A program made the position numbers and the translations under genes. Below the pieces are notes generated by a model. The model did not search any database. It was not told the origin of the DNA and saw nothing but the letters and a program-made list of their open reading frames with translations. From Chitinophagaceae bacterium (GTDB taxonomy: Bacteria > Bacteroidota > Bacteroidia > Chitinophagales > Chitinophagaceae), in assembly GCA_036520835.1 (NCBI GenBank), contig DATDIX010000324.1, positions 17,332 through 81,331 on the forward strand: a stretch of 64,000 bases of DNA, read 5' to 3'. Numbering within the stretch: the stretch's first letter is position 1; every line of letters starts with the position of its first letter. Positions 27,331-36,939 of this stretch are shown in pieces.

Positions 27331-30090
27331 TTATTTAATGGTGAAAGATTTACTGGTAAATGAATAATTGCCGCTCCCGATTTCCATTACCGCATTACCA
27401 TTTTCCATTCCAATAAAACGTATGCCTTCGGCTGTGGCAACAGTATTGCCATTATCCTGTACATCACCCGGCCCTGCAGCAGGTATATATATAATTGCTT
27501 TTGCATTAGCCGGCACATTAATATTCCAAACCAGCCCATTATCTCCTTTTGTCCAATGACTGATGATCGTTCCATAAAAAGACCGGTAAGAAGCATCCAC
27601 TTCGTTCAGACCTTTCACAAAAGATGGTTTCATGATGATCTCTTTGAAAGCAGTTGTATTCGTATTTGAACTGATCCCTGCTATATCTTCATACAGCCAG
27701 ATCAGGAAATCACCCAATAACATTACATGGTTCTGTGAATTCATTTGCGGGCTGGCCGTGTTGCCATTCCACAATTCCCAGATGGTAGTGGCTCCCTGCT
27801 CGGCCATATAGCCCCAGCTTGGATAAGTCTTATTGGAAGCCAGTGCATAGGCAATATCCGGATAGCCATAATCTGTTATTCCCCGCATCAGCCACTGCGT
27901 ACCGATAACACCCGTGCTGATATGCATCCCGTCTTTTACCGTGATCCTGTCATAAATATTATTGAATATGGTTTTCTTCAGGCTGTCGGGTGCCATACCG
28001 AAATACAGCGGGAGTAAATTTGCCGTGATCGTGTTATTGTCATAACATTTCCGCTGGTTATTATAAAATTTTTTATGAAAAGCGGACCTGATATTCTCAC
28101 CCAATACATCATAACTTTTCACATCCCCGTTATTACCACTCAGTACGGCAAACTTTTTCATCAGTTGCAGCAAGCGGTAATAATAAGCGGTAGAGATCAA
28201 CTCCCCGTTAGTTGTACGAAGGCTGTCTCTTGATCGTATGATCTCTAAGCTCTCGGGTGGCACGCACCAATCTCCGTATTTATCCTTTGTTACAATAAAG
28301 CCTTTCATATATTTAGTTTGCATGTACTGCATCCATTTCTTCATAGAGGCATAATGTTTACTAATAGGACGTTCATCCCCGAACTGACGGTGCAACATAT
28401 CAGCAACAAGGAGATAAGTACCTGGCCATGTCACATTATCCGTATAATAATTCCAGAATGCGGGTGCTACGTCAGGGATAGCGCCTGCCGTTGTTTGTGA
28501 TTCTTCTATATCATCCAGCCACTTTGCATACAATTTTGAATTATCAAACATAAAAGCTTCTCCACCCGATCCCGTAGCCCGGTCACCAAGCCAAGGTTGC
28601 CGTTCATTCCGTTGCGGACAATCTACGGGCATACCTTTATAATTGGAAGCAATTCCCCACCAGGCATTCCGGTATATTTTATTGATCACAGAGTCAGAAG
28701 AAACAAATGAACCGGTTGTTGACAGGTCATCATATATGAACTTCCCTTCAAAGTCGCTGATCGCAGGATTACCCGGGTATCCATTAATTTCCACGTAACG
28801 AAACCCGTGGTATACAAAAGATGGCTGCCACTCTTCTACGCCTTCTCCTTTCAATGTATAGATATCCGTCACTCTGGCGTCGCGGAGATTGGCAATATAT
28901 AATTCACCGTTTGATTGTAAACTTTCCGCGAAACGAAGTTTTACAGCTGTGCCGCGGTTCCCTTTTACTTTAATTTTCAGCCACCCGGAAAAATTCTGTC
29001 CCATATCGAGAATATGTTTCCCATTACCGGTATTTTTTATTCCCACAGGCATAACAGATCGCATTATCCGCATCGGCTCATTCATCTGGGCTTCCAGCTT
29101 TCCTGCAGGCGCCTGCACTAACTGTGGTTTTATCCATTTACTATCATCAAAACCAGCATCTGTCCATCCTTTCAATTCTTTAGTGGCATCATACTCTTCC
29201 CCATCATACTCATTGTTGGTCCGGATCGGGCCATCTACGTTCAATTTCCAGCTCCCATCACTGATCACTGTTTGTTTTGTGCCATCAGCATATTCTATTT
29301 CCAGTTGCAGCAACATTTTAGGATAACCAAATGTGTTGTGCTTTTGTGTCTTATAATTCTGCCGCATAGTAAAGAAGCGGCCATTTCCCAAAACGGTAGC
29401 CACTGCATTATTCCCTGCTATTATATCTTTTGTAACATCATAAGTATTGTACAAAACCGATTTCCGGTAATCTGTGGGTGCAGGCGCCAATACATGATCG
29501 CCAATCCTTTTTCCATTGAGATATAATTCATATAATCCAAGCCCGATAATATATACCGTTGCCCTTTTTACACCTGACTTCGATTCAAACTGTTTCCTGA
29601 AATACCGGGCCGACAGCCTTGACCATTGAGTAATGCTATCCCAGGGAGATGCTTTATCGTAACCGATCCATTTGCCCTGCCAGTCATTGCCTGACAGCAG
29701 GCCCATTGTCCAATATGACATCTCACTCCATGCTGATTCACCTTTATTTGTAAAGACTTTCACTTTCCAAAAAAATTGTTCCCTGCTCGCTGGTTTTTTC
29801 CCTTTATAAACAACATGTATGGATTGAGAAGAGTTTACTTTCCCGGAATTCCAGAGATCACCTTCGTTGTTTGCAGCTTTCTCCTTTGTAGAAGAGACAA
29901 TGATATGATACGCTGTTTGCTGAACGTTCCGTTGATTTGATTCTATTTGCCAGCTAAGCCGGGGATCTTTTACATCAATACCCAAAGGATCTACCAGCAT
30001 TTCACAACGCAGGTTACTACTATGCACCTGCGCCTTAGCTGCATACAGGCACAGGAGACAAAAAAGAAATATGACTAGTTTTCGTTTCAT
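27331..30090 (-). CDS. GH78 alpha-L-rhamnosidase
   Basis: The 919-aa product has a signal peptide. The N-terminal domain pattern is LRCEMLVDPLGID...PRLSWQ, and the catalytic-domain hallmark is PVDCPQRNERQPWLGDRA. Confidence 0.88.
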   Translation of the reverse strand: MKRKLVIFLFCLLCLYAAKAQVHSSNLRCEMLVDPLGIDVKDPRLSWQIESNQRNVQQTAYHIIVSSTKEKAANNEGDLWNSGKVNSSQSIHVVYKGKKPASREQFFWKVKVFTNKGESAWSEMSYWTMGLLSGNDWQGKWIGYDKASPWDSITQWSRLSARYFRKQFESKSGVKRATVYIIGLGLYELYLNGKRIGDHVLAPAPTDYRKSVLYNTYDVTKDIIAGNNAVATVLGNGRFFTMRQNYKTQKHNTFGYPKMLLQLEIEYADGTKQTVISDGSWKLNVDGPIRTNNEYDGEEYDATKELKGWTDAGFDDSKWIKPQLVQAPAGKLEAQMNEPMRIMRSVMPVGIKNTGNGKHILDMGQNFSGWLKIKVKGNRGTAVKLRFAESLQSNGELYIANLRDARVTDIYTLKGEGVEEWQPSFVYHGFRYVEINGYPGNPAISDFEGKFIYDDLSTTGSFVSSDSVINKIYRNAWWGIASNYKGMPVDCPQRNERQPWLGDRATGSGGEAFMFDNSKLYAKWLDDIEESQTTAGAIPDVAPAFWNYYTDNVTWPGTYLLVADMLHRQFGDERPISKHYASMKKWMQYMQTKYMKGFIVTKDKYGDWCVPPESLEIIRSRDSLRTTNGELISTAYYYRLLQLMKKFAVLSGNNGDVKSYDVLGENIRSAFHKKFYNNQRKCYDNNTITANLLPLYFGMAPDSLKKTIFNNIYDRITVKDGMHISTGVIGTQWLMRGITDYGYPDIAYALASNKTYPSWGYMAEQGATTIWELWNGNTASPQMNSQNHVMLLGDFLIWLYEDIAGISSNTNTTAFKEIIMKPSFVKGLNEVDASYRSFYGTIISHWTKGDNGLVWNINVPANAKAIIYIPAAGPGDVQDNGNTVATAEGIRFIGMENGNAVMEIGSGNYSFTSKSFTIK

Positions 30091-30095
30091 TATAA

Positions 30096-32912
30096 TTATT
30101 TACCTGAAAAATCAAAATACAATACCAGTTTCAAAGCCCTTGCCGGGTCTTTTTCATAATCATAAAAAATATTTTTTGACCCCATCGGGCCGGTGGTTTC
30201 ATTGCGTTGCGTCTTGGTGCCAATACTGCTGATACCCTGCATAAATGAAATATCGCCGGATGGAAAGATGGGTTCATAATTATGCCACTGGTCTGTTTTC
30301 CATGCAGGCGTGAACAATCGCAGGAATAAACCTTCTGTTTCCGTGACAACAGCAAAGCGGTTTTTCTTTGTAAAAAACAGTCCACCATAAAAATTGGAAT
30401 AATATCCTTTGAATTCAGGATACTCCCATGGATATTCCCCCGTCTCTGTATTATTGTAACTTTTTTCCCATGCCCCAAATTGATTGCCTTTCATCCTGTT
30501 TTTCCATACCCGGTATGGGCCATCACCCATATAAGCAATGGATTCGATCTCGTTTTCCGGGAAAGAAAAATTGATACCTGCGAAATTGCTGAAGTAAGCA
30601 CCGGGAAAATAGTTTACTTCAAGCTGTACCCATCCCGAAGGATAAATGGTCCACTTTAAGGTATTGTAGCTCTCCTTCTTTTCATAAGTTGATTCAACAA
30701 CATAATTATCCCCCTGCCGGTATTGCCTGATACCTTTAAAATTATCCAGTCCTTCCTGGATTATCGGGCCATTGTTAAATGGCAATTCACCATTTTTGTT
30801 TTTGACGGACACCAGCATGCCGTTAAATTGGTTAAACGCCAGTGAAACATCCTTCACATTCACATAAATAAGTGTCGTATCAGCAACGGGAACCGTGATT
30901 GAGTTACTACCTTTTTTTACCACCTCCCGCTCACTCATTGCTTGAGGGCTACTGATAGGGAAACTCCAGGTAAAAAGCTCCCTGCCGTAAGCATCCTTTG
31001 CTGTCACATACAATACATCATAATTTTTCCAGCCTGCAGGCAGCTTGATTTGCATGGTTCCTTTGCCTCCTGGTTTTATATCCGGGGCCGCTGCCACACC
31101 TTTTATCTCCTGCGATGTGATCTCTTCAAACCTTTTTAACTTCCAGCTAAAACTGCATCGGTTGATATTGGTAAAATGATACCGGTTTTCAATATTCAGT
31201 TTACCATCAAAAGCACTTGTAATTTCTTTTCGCTCAAAATAAACCGGGCTCCATATTTCTTTGATGGCATAATAACTCCCCTCCTTTTCAAGATGAGGTC
31301 CAAGAATACCATCAGCCCCGCGGTGCTTATCGGTATCCAATGAATCATTCTTATCCTTTCTTACCACTCCCTGGTCGGCAAAATCCCAAAGAAACCCACC
31401 TGCACTCAACGGATCATGCCACATTTTTTCCCAATAGTCTTCCAACCCGGCGCCATGGCCGCCATCAAATTGTCCGTGTAAAAATTCGGTGGGCATTACG
31501 ATCTCTCTTCCATTTTCATAATTACCGATACCGTAGTTGTATTCCCGGTAATGTTGTGTTTCAATACTCCCAAATAACTGCCATGGGTGAATAACCGGCC
31601 GCTTCTGTATGTCAAATTTTTTAAACAAAGTATCCAATTCCAGGTTATGACCTCCTTCATTTCCATTACACCAAACAATAATTGAAGGGTGATTCATATC
31701 GTGTACAATCATTTCTTCTACCAGCTTTGTACCAGTTGGCGTATCATAATGGCCATGCCAGCCAGCCAGTTCATCCAATACAAACAGCCCCAGAGAATCA
31801 CATACATCAAGAAAATGATCATCCGGGGGATAATGACTCATCCGGACTGCATTCATGTTCATGTCTTTCATGAGCAGTACATCCTCAATACTGATTTGCC
31901 TGCTTAATGTTCTGCCTGTTTCCGGTCTGAATGAATGCCGGTTAACGCCTTTCATTTTTATTTTGACTCCGTTTACATATATGCCATCTCTTTGTTTTAC
32001 TTCTACGGTTCTGAAACCAAATTTTTGTGATACGGTGTGAACAGGTTTTTTGTCTTTGTAGATCGTAAATATTGCTTTATACAAATAGGGAGATTCGGGA
32101 TTCCATAACCTGGGACGTGAGAAGTTCGTGTCAATTGAAAACACACCGGTGCGTCCTAGCAGAACAGCACCTGCTTTCGCAAACAATTTACCGGCAGCGT
32201 CAAAGATTTGAACCTGTGCTTTACCACGAAAATTGTCCGCATCGAAAAAAGCAAAAAAACCTCCATCGGCCGTTGCTTCGATTTCTATATTTTCAATATG
32301 CACCTGTGGCAATACTTCCAGGTATACCGGCCGGAAGATGCCACCAAATATCCAAAAGTCCGCACGTCTTTCAGCGGAATTCACCGATTCATTCGCCGAA
32401 TGCTTTGAAACAGTTACTTCCAAAAAATTCTTTCCCCCATAGTTAAGGAATTCTGTGATATCATATTTGAATGCATAAAAAGCCCCCTGGTGAATGTCAC
32501 CGGCTGATTGGCCATTGATCTTTACTTCGGTGTCTGTCATTGAGCCTTCAAAAACAATTTTTACAACTTTATTCTTCCAGCTTACAGGCACATCGAAAGA
32601 ATGTTTGTATAACCCCTTTTCTTTTCCCCTCACACTATCCTTCGCAAAACCATAATCATACTTTCCAAATCCCTGCAGTTCCCAGCAGGATGGAACAGGT
32701 ATAGTTGTCCATTTACCAGAGTTCATCCCGCCGGTACACATGAATTCCCAGTTCACAGTGTTATCACTTCCTGTGCCTGAGAGATAAACCTTTTCAGTTT
32801 GTTGGGAGAATATATTGTTTGATGTGAGTAATACAAAGAACACAACGAACCACGAAGAACACAACGTTGTGTACTTCGTGTAGATCTTTGTGTTCTTTGT
32901 GCTCCAATTCAT
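30096..32912 (-). CDS. GH2 glycosidase (beta-galactosidase/glucuronidase/arabinopyranosidase class)
   Basis: The 938-aa product has the GH2 TIM-barrel motif NAVRMSHYPPDDHFLDVCDSLGLFVLDE and the acid/base region WCNGNEGG. Its start overlaps the upstream stop in an ATGA arrangement. Confidence 0.85.
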   Translation of the reverse strand: MNWSTKNTKIYTKYTTLCSSWFVVFFVLLTSNNIFSQQTEKVYLSGTGSDNTVNWEFMCTGGMNSGKWTTIPVPSCWELQGFGKYDYGFAKDSVRGKEKGLYKHSFDVPVSWKNKVVKIVFEGSMTDTEVKINGQSAGDIHQGAFYAFKYDITEFLNYGGKNFLEVTVSKHSANESVNSAERRADFWIFGGIFRPVYLEVLPQVHIENIEIEATADGGFFAFFDADNFRGKAQVQIFDAAGKLFAKAGAVLLGRTGVFSIDTNFSRPRLWNPESPYLYKAIFTIYKDKKPVHTVSQKFGFRTVEVKQRDGIYVNGVKIKMKGVNRHSFRPETGRTLSRQISIEDVLLMKDMNMNAVRMSHYPPDDHFLDVCDSLGLFVLDELAGWHGHYDTPTGTKLVEEMIVHDMNHPSIIVWCNGNEGGHNLELDTLFKKFDIQKRPVIHPWQLFGSIETQHYREYNYGIGNYENGREIVMPTEFLHGQFDGGHGAGLEDYWEKMWHDPLSAGGFLWDFADQGVVRKDKNDSLDTDKHRGADGILGPHLEKEGSYYAIKEIWSPVYFERKEITSAFDGKLNIENRYHFTNINRCSFSWKLKRFEEITSQEIKGVAAAPDIKPGGKGTMQIKLPAGWKNYDVLYVTAKDAYGRELFTWSFPISSPQAMSEREVVKKGSNSITVPVADTTLIYVNVKDVSLAFNQFNGMLVSVKNKNGELPFNNGPIIQEGLDNFKGIRQYRQGDNYVVESTYEKKESYNTLKWTIYPSGWVQLEVNYFPGAYFSNFAGINFSFPENEIESIAYMGDGPYRVWKNRMKGNQFGAWEKSYNNTETGEYPWEYPEFKGYYSNFYGGLFFTKKNRFAVVTETEGLFLRLFTPAWKTDQWHNYEPIFPSGDISFMQGISSIGTKTQRNETTGPMGSKNIFYDYEKDPARALKLVLYFDFSGK
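32834..32899. repeat. 66-nt nested imperfect palindrome inside codons 5-26 of the GH2 gene
   Basis: The outer arms caaagaacacaa (32834-32845) and ttgtgttctttg (32888-32899) are perfectly complementary over 12 bp. The inner arms cacgaagaacacaa (32851-32864) and ttgtgtacttcgtg (32867-32880) pair over 14 bp with one mismatch. Confidence 0.8.
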
Positions 32913-34441
32913 AATTTACCAGTTACCTTTTGCAATACAGCAGATGAGGCTGTTTTTTTCCCATTTACCCATACACTCAGCCCCTTTCCTTTTTTATACT
33001 TCATCCCGGTTTTATCCCAGATGATGGTAATGATCTTTCCATGATATAAAACGTTGTCCAGGCAAAACCAATCCCATTTATTATCCGGCAATAATGGATT
33101 TACTTCGATCACATCATCTGCCCGGGGTCTTAAACCAACAAGTCCCGTTATAATAAGATCATTAAATGTTGAGTGATTGTAATAACGGCTTCTTTCTTCA
33201 TCACCTTTCAACCAATAACCTGTTTTTTCATCCAGGTATTCACCTATATAAGGACGGCCACGGTAATATTGTGACTCCACATAGGTTTCCAGCAGGTCAA
33301 AATAATTACTGTCGGCTACATAGTCCTGTTTATAATTATTCAGCAGGTTGGCCATAGCAGTCAGCGTTTGCGATGTGGCAAATGGCCACACAGCGCCATC
33401 CCATTCACATTTGCAGCAGCCATGTGTACGAAATTTCGGATGGCTCCTGTCAGCAGTAGTAATACCAAAGGGCGCACAAAATGTTTTGGTATCTGTCAAA
33501 CTTTTCCACGCATCATTGTAATTGTTATCCGGCATACTAAAATACCAGGGGATAAAACCAATCTCCTCCTTTACATTCGCCGATGTATCACCCTGTTCTT
33601 TCAGCACTTCAAAAAAATCATGTCCGTTGTTCCAGAGTTTCGATTGGGTCAATTGTTTTACAGTATCCGCTTTACGGTTGTATACTGCGGCAACATCTGA
33701 CCTGCCTGCCATCGTTGCAATAGATCCAAGCCCTTTTGCATTGCCATACATGTACCCGTTAATAGAGGGTCTTGCATTCTTCTCCCTTCTTCCCCCGCTG
33801 ATCGTTTCCTCCATTGCATCTCTCACATCAAACTGCCAGTACAAACCATTCAATGATCTTTTCTCATTTTCCCAGGCTGCATAATCTGCTTCCAGGTCAG
33901 GTAATAAGTCAAGAACAAACTTTTTATCGCTGTTCACCAGGTAACGGTTATAAACAGCATCCATATTCCAGCCGCTGTAAAAGCGGAGTTTGCTCATGGG
34001 TTTCCCGCCATTCCCACGGTACCACACATGCAGGTTGTTATCCATGTATCGCTTATCATGTAGCCACCTTGACTCATAAATATGATGCCCCAGCGCACTG
34101 CTGATCAGGTTGTATTTATCAGCATAACTTCTTTGTACCAGGAATTCCGTAAACACAAAGCCCTGGTCTGTTTTTTTGATATGCTTCCGCAATGTCCACC
34201 AGCGGTAATAGAATATCTCTTCAAAATTCTGCTGCGGGCATTCAAACAGGGGAATATTCTTTTTCATCCATCCCCATGCACTGTCATTCGGAATGGCCTG
34301 CCTGATATTCTCATCTTCCATTTTGTTGAAGTAATCAACATAATGCCTGAATGACTCCGCTTTCAACAGCATCGGTTTGATTTGTGCTGAAAGGCATGTC
34401 ATCCATAGTAACACAAGCGATATGACAATTATTCTTTTCAC
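32909..34441 (-). CDS. Secreted (alpha/alpha)6-barrel glycoside hydrolase (GH63/GH37/MGH1-like; family uncertain)
   Basis: The 510-aa product has a signal peptide. Motifs seen are LFECPQQNFEEIFYYRWWTLRKH, CEWDGAVWPFATSQTLTAM and GLRPRADDVIEVNPLLP, which are typical of six-hairpin glycosidases. Confidence 0.55.
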   Translation of the reverse strand: MKRIIVISLVLLWMTCLSAQIKPMLLKAESFRHYVDYFNKMEDENIRQAIPNDSAWGWMKKNIPLFECPQQNFEEIFYYRWWTLRKHIKKTDQGFVFTEFLVQRSYADKYNLISSALGHHIYESRWLHDKRYMDNNLHVWYRGNGGKPMSKLRFYSGWNMDAVYNRYLVNSDKKFVLDLLPDLEADYAAWENEKRSLNGLYWQFDVRDAMEETISGGRREKNARPSINGYMYGNAKGLGSIATMAGRSDVAAVYNRKADTVKQLTQSKLWNNGHDFFEVLKEQGDTSANVKEEIGFIPWYFSMPDNNYNDAWKSLTDTKTFCAPFGITTADRSHPKFRTHGCCKCEWDGAVWPFATSQTLTAMANLLNNYKQDYVADSNYFDLLETYVESQYYRGRPYIGEYLDEKTGYWLKGDEERSRYYNHSTFNDLIITGLVGLRPRADDVIEVNPLLPDNKWDWFCLDNVLYHGKIITIIWDKTGMKYKKGKGLSVWVNGKKTASSAVLQKVTGKL

Positions 34442-34450
34442 TTTCTTTTT

Positions 34451-35986
34451 TTAGTCACGACCGATAATTTCTGTCCACCTCTTGTAACCTTTACCGGCCA
34501 AACCATTGCTCCTGCCGGCCCTGTAAACTTTCTTTTCGCCACTCAACTGCTTTAATGCTCCGATACCAGCAAATATGCCGGCCTTTAATCCGGCCATATA
34601 CGCAGCACCCATGGCCGAAACATCAGGCATGCCGGTACAAACAACACTCTTATTTAAAAGATCGGCCAGGAACTGCAAAACAAATTGATTGGCCGTCATT
34701 CCCCCGTTTACCATCAGCTCTTTTAATGACAACCCTGCATCTTTTTCCATCGCGGTCACTACATCCATCACCTGGTAGGGAATGGATTCGAGTGCAGCAC
34801 GGACAATATGATTTTTATTTGTCCCGAAACTCATCCCGGATAGAGTGGCCCGTCTTTCCATTTGCCAATGAGGTGAACCTAACCCGCTAAATGCCGGCAC
34901 CAGGTAAACGCCTCCATTATCACTTACCGCATTCGCCATCGTTTCCGTTTCACGGCTATCTTTAAAAAGGGCTAATTCATTTTTCAGCCATTCGATAGTA
35001 GCGCCGCAGGAAACAATGACCCCTTCCAATGCATAATCAATTTTTTCTTCAGTACTCCAGCAGATCGTCGTCACCATTCCATGGTTTGACTGAACCGGCT
35101 TATCTCCAATATTCATCAATAGGCTGCAACCGGTTCCCAATGTGGCTTTTGCTGTACCCGGTTCAAAACAACCTTCTCCAAATGCAGCAGCGTGGGAGTC
35201 ACCGATCATCGCTGTAACAGGAATTGATCTTGGAAGAAGCCCGTTTAACGAAGTCTCCCCGTAAAAAGCAGAAGATGATTTTAATTCAGGCAGCCGGATT
35301 CCTTTCAACCCGTAAGCTTCGATCAATTCATTATCCCAACCGAGTGTATGAAGATTGAAAAAAAGTGTTCGGGACGCATTGGTATAGTCGGTTGCATACT
35401 TTTCCCCGTTGGTGAGTTTATACAGTAACCATGTATCTATGGTTCCAAAAAATGCATCGCCATTCTTTACCGCTTCCCCTACTGAACTATTATTTTGAAA
35501 AAGCCAGGTCAGTTTCGTAGCCGAAAAATACGGATCTATCACTAATCCCGTCTTTTCCCTGATTATACCTGAGAGACCTTTCTGCCTGAGCTGTTCGCAA
35601 ACACCGATAGACCGTTTGCATTGCCACACTACGGCATTATACAAAGGCTTACCCTTTTTATCCCATACCACGAATGTTTCCCGCTGGTTGGAAATTCCGA
35701 TCGCCTCTATTTCAGTTTCGTCGTATCCTTTTTCCCGGAACTGCAATAAGCATTTCTTTACAGAGGCAAGCACATTGGTATAGATCTCTTGCGGGTCCTG
35801 CTCCACAAAACCATTATCAATATAGTTTGTATGCAACGGCTCCGATCCTTTGGCAACAGCCTGCCCCTTCTCATCAAAGATCAATGATTTGGTAGAGCTG
35901 GTGCCCTGGTCAATGGCCAATATGTACCTGTTCTTATTCAATATTGAAAATTCTTTAGTCCTTTTTATCTCCTGCTTTATCAACAA
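34451..35986 (-). CDS. FGGY-family carbohydrate kinase, glycerol-kinase-like but with an altered substrate pocket
   Basis: The product aligns by eye along its whole length with E. coli GlpK (YILAIDQGTSS, NQRETF, DPYFSATK, LEGV..., PAFSGLGSPHW). The GlpK motif GDQQAA is replaced by GDSHAA. There is no ATG start; candidates are TTG at 35986 (32-nt overlap with the permease gene) or TTG at 35941. Confidence 0.8.
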   Translation of the reverse strand: MLIKQEIKRTKEFSILNKNRYILAIDQGTSSTKSLIFDEKGQAVAKGSEPLHTNYIDNGFVEQDPQEIYTNVLASVKKCLLQFREKGYDETEIEAIGISNQRETFVVWDKKGKPLYNAVVWQCKRSIGVCEQLRQKGLSGIIREKTGLVIDPYFSATKLTWLFQNNSSVGEAVKNGDAFFGTIDTWLLYKLTNGEKYATDYTNASRTLFFNLHTLGWDNELIEAYGLKGIRLPELKSSSAFYGETSLNGLLPRSIPVTAMIGDSHAAAFGEGCFEPGTAKATLGTGCSLLMNIGDKPVQSNHGMVTTICWSTEEKIDYALEGVIVSCGATIEWLKNELALFKDSRETETMANAVSDNGGVYLVPAFSGLGSPHWQMERRATLSGMSFGTNKNHIVRAALESIPYQVMDVVTAMEKDAGLSLKELMVNGGMTANQFVLQFLADLLNKSVVCTGMPDVSAMGAAYMAGLKAGIFAGIGALKQLSGEKKVYRAGRSNGLAGKGYKRWTEIIGRD

Positions 35987-36932
35987 TCACTGCCAGCAGG
36001 ATCACTCCTCCTTTCACTACCTGTTGCCAGAATGGTGAAACATTCAGCAGTACAAGACCGTTGTTCAGTACGCCGATAATAATGGCCCCGATCACGGTTC
36101 CCCATACACTTCCTTTTCCCCCATTGAGTGATGTGCCGCCGATCACTACTGCCGCTATTGCATCCAGTTCATAACTGATCCCGGCATTGGGTTGTGCTGA
36201 ATCCAACCTGGATGTAACGATCACTCCCCCTAATGCGGCCAGTGCAGCACCCATGCTGTAGACGATCAGTTTTACTCTATTGATACGGATACCGGAAAGC
36301 TTTGCGGCTGTTTCATTTCCGCCAATAGCATAAATATATCTTCCCAACCTTGTTTTTCGGGTAATAAACACGGCCAGCATCACCACCAATGCTGCTATCC
36401 ATACCGGGACCGGTATCCCTATCAGGGAGCCGGTTCCGATATAAGTAAAACTTTCTCCGAGATTGCTGACGGGATGCCCGCCTGTATATAACATGGTAAG
36501 CCCTCTTGCGATAGTCAGCATGGCCAGTGTAGCCACAAATGGTGGCACTTTGAAAGAAGTGATCGCAAACCCATTGAACAATCCGAGCAGTGCACCGGCA
36601 ATAATAGCCGCCAGCACCGCACCCAGAATAGTAAATCCAACAAACAGGTCAGCCGATGGGAATTGCAACCCGTTTTTTAATAGCCCGGCTGTGATAGCTC
36701 CGCAAAGTGCCAATACTGATCCAACAGACAGATCAATGCCCCCGGTCAGAACGATCAATGTCATTCCTGTGGCAATACAAATATTTACGGCTACCTGCCG
36801 GAGAACATTCAGTCCATTTGCCGTAGTAAAGAATTTATCAGTCAGCAGGCTCAGCGTGATGCATAAGATCAACAAAGCGATCACTGATTGAAACCTGCCG
36901 ATATTTTTATTATATGAAACAGAAGCAAGCAT
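35955..36932 (-). CDS. Sugar ABC transporter permease (RbsC-type)
   Basis: The 325-aa product is polytopic and resembles ribose/monosaccharide ABC permeases (GGIDLSVGSVLAL, TRLGRYIYAIGGNE). Confidence 0.85.
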   Translation of the reverse strand: MLASVSYNKNIGRFQSVIALLILCITLSLLTDKFFTTANGLNVLRQVAVNICIATGMTLIVLTGGIDLSVGSVLALCGAITAGLLKNGLQFPSADLFVGFTILGAVLAAIIAGALLGLFNGFAITSFKVPPFVATLAMLTIARGLTMLYTGGHPVSNLGESFTYIGTGSLIGIPVPVWIAALVVMLAVFITRKTRLGRYIYAIGGNETAAKLSGIRINRVKLIVYSMGAALAALGGVIVTSRLDSAQPNAGISYELDAIAAVVIGGTSLNGGKGSVWGTVIGAIIIGVLNNGLVLLNVSPFWQQVVKGGVILLAVIVDKAGDKKD

Positions 36933-36939
36933 TCCTATA

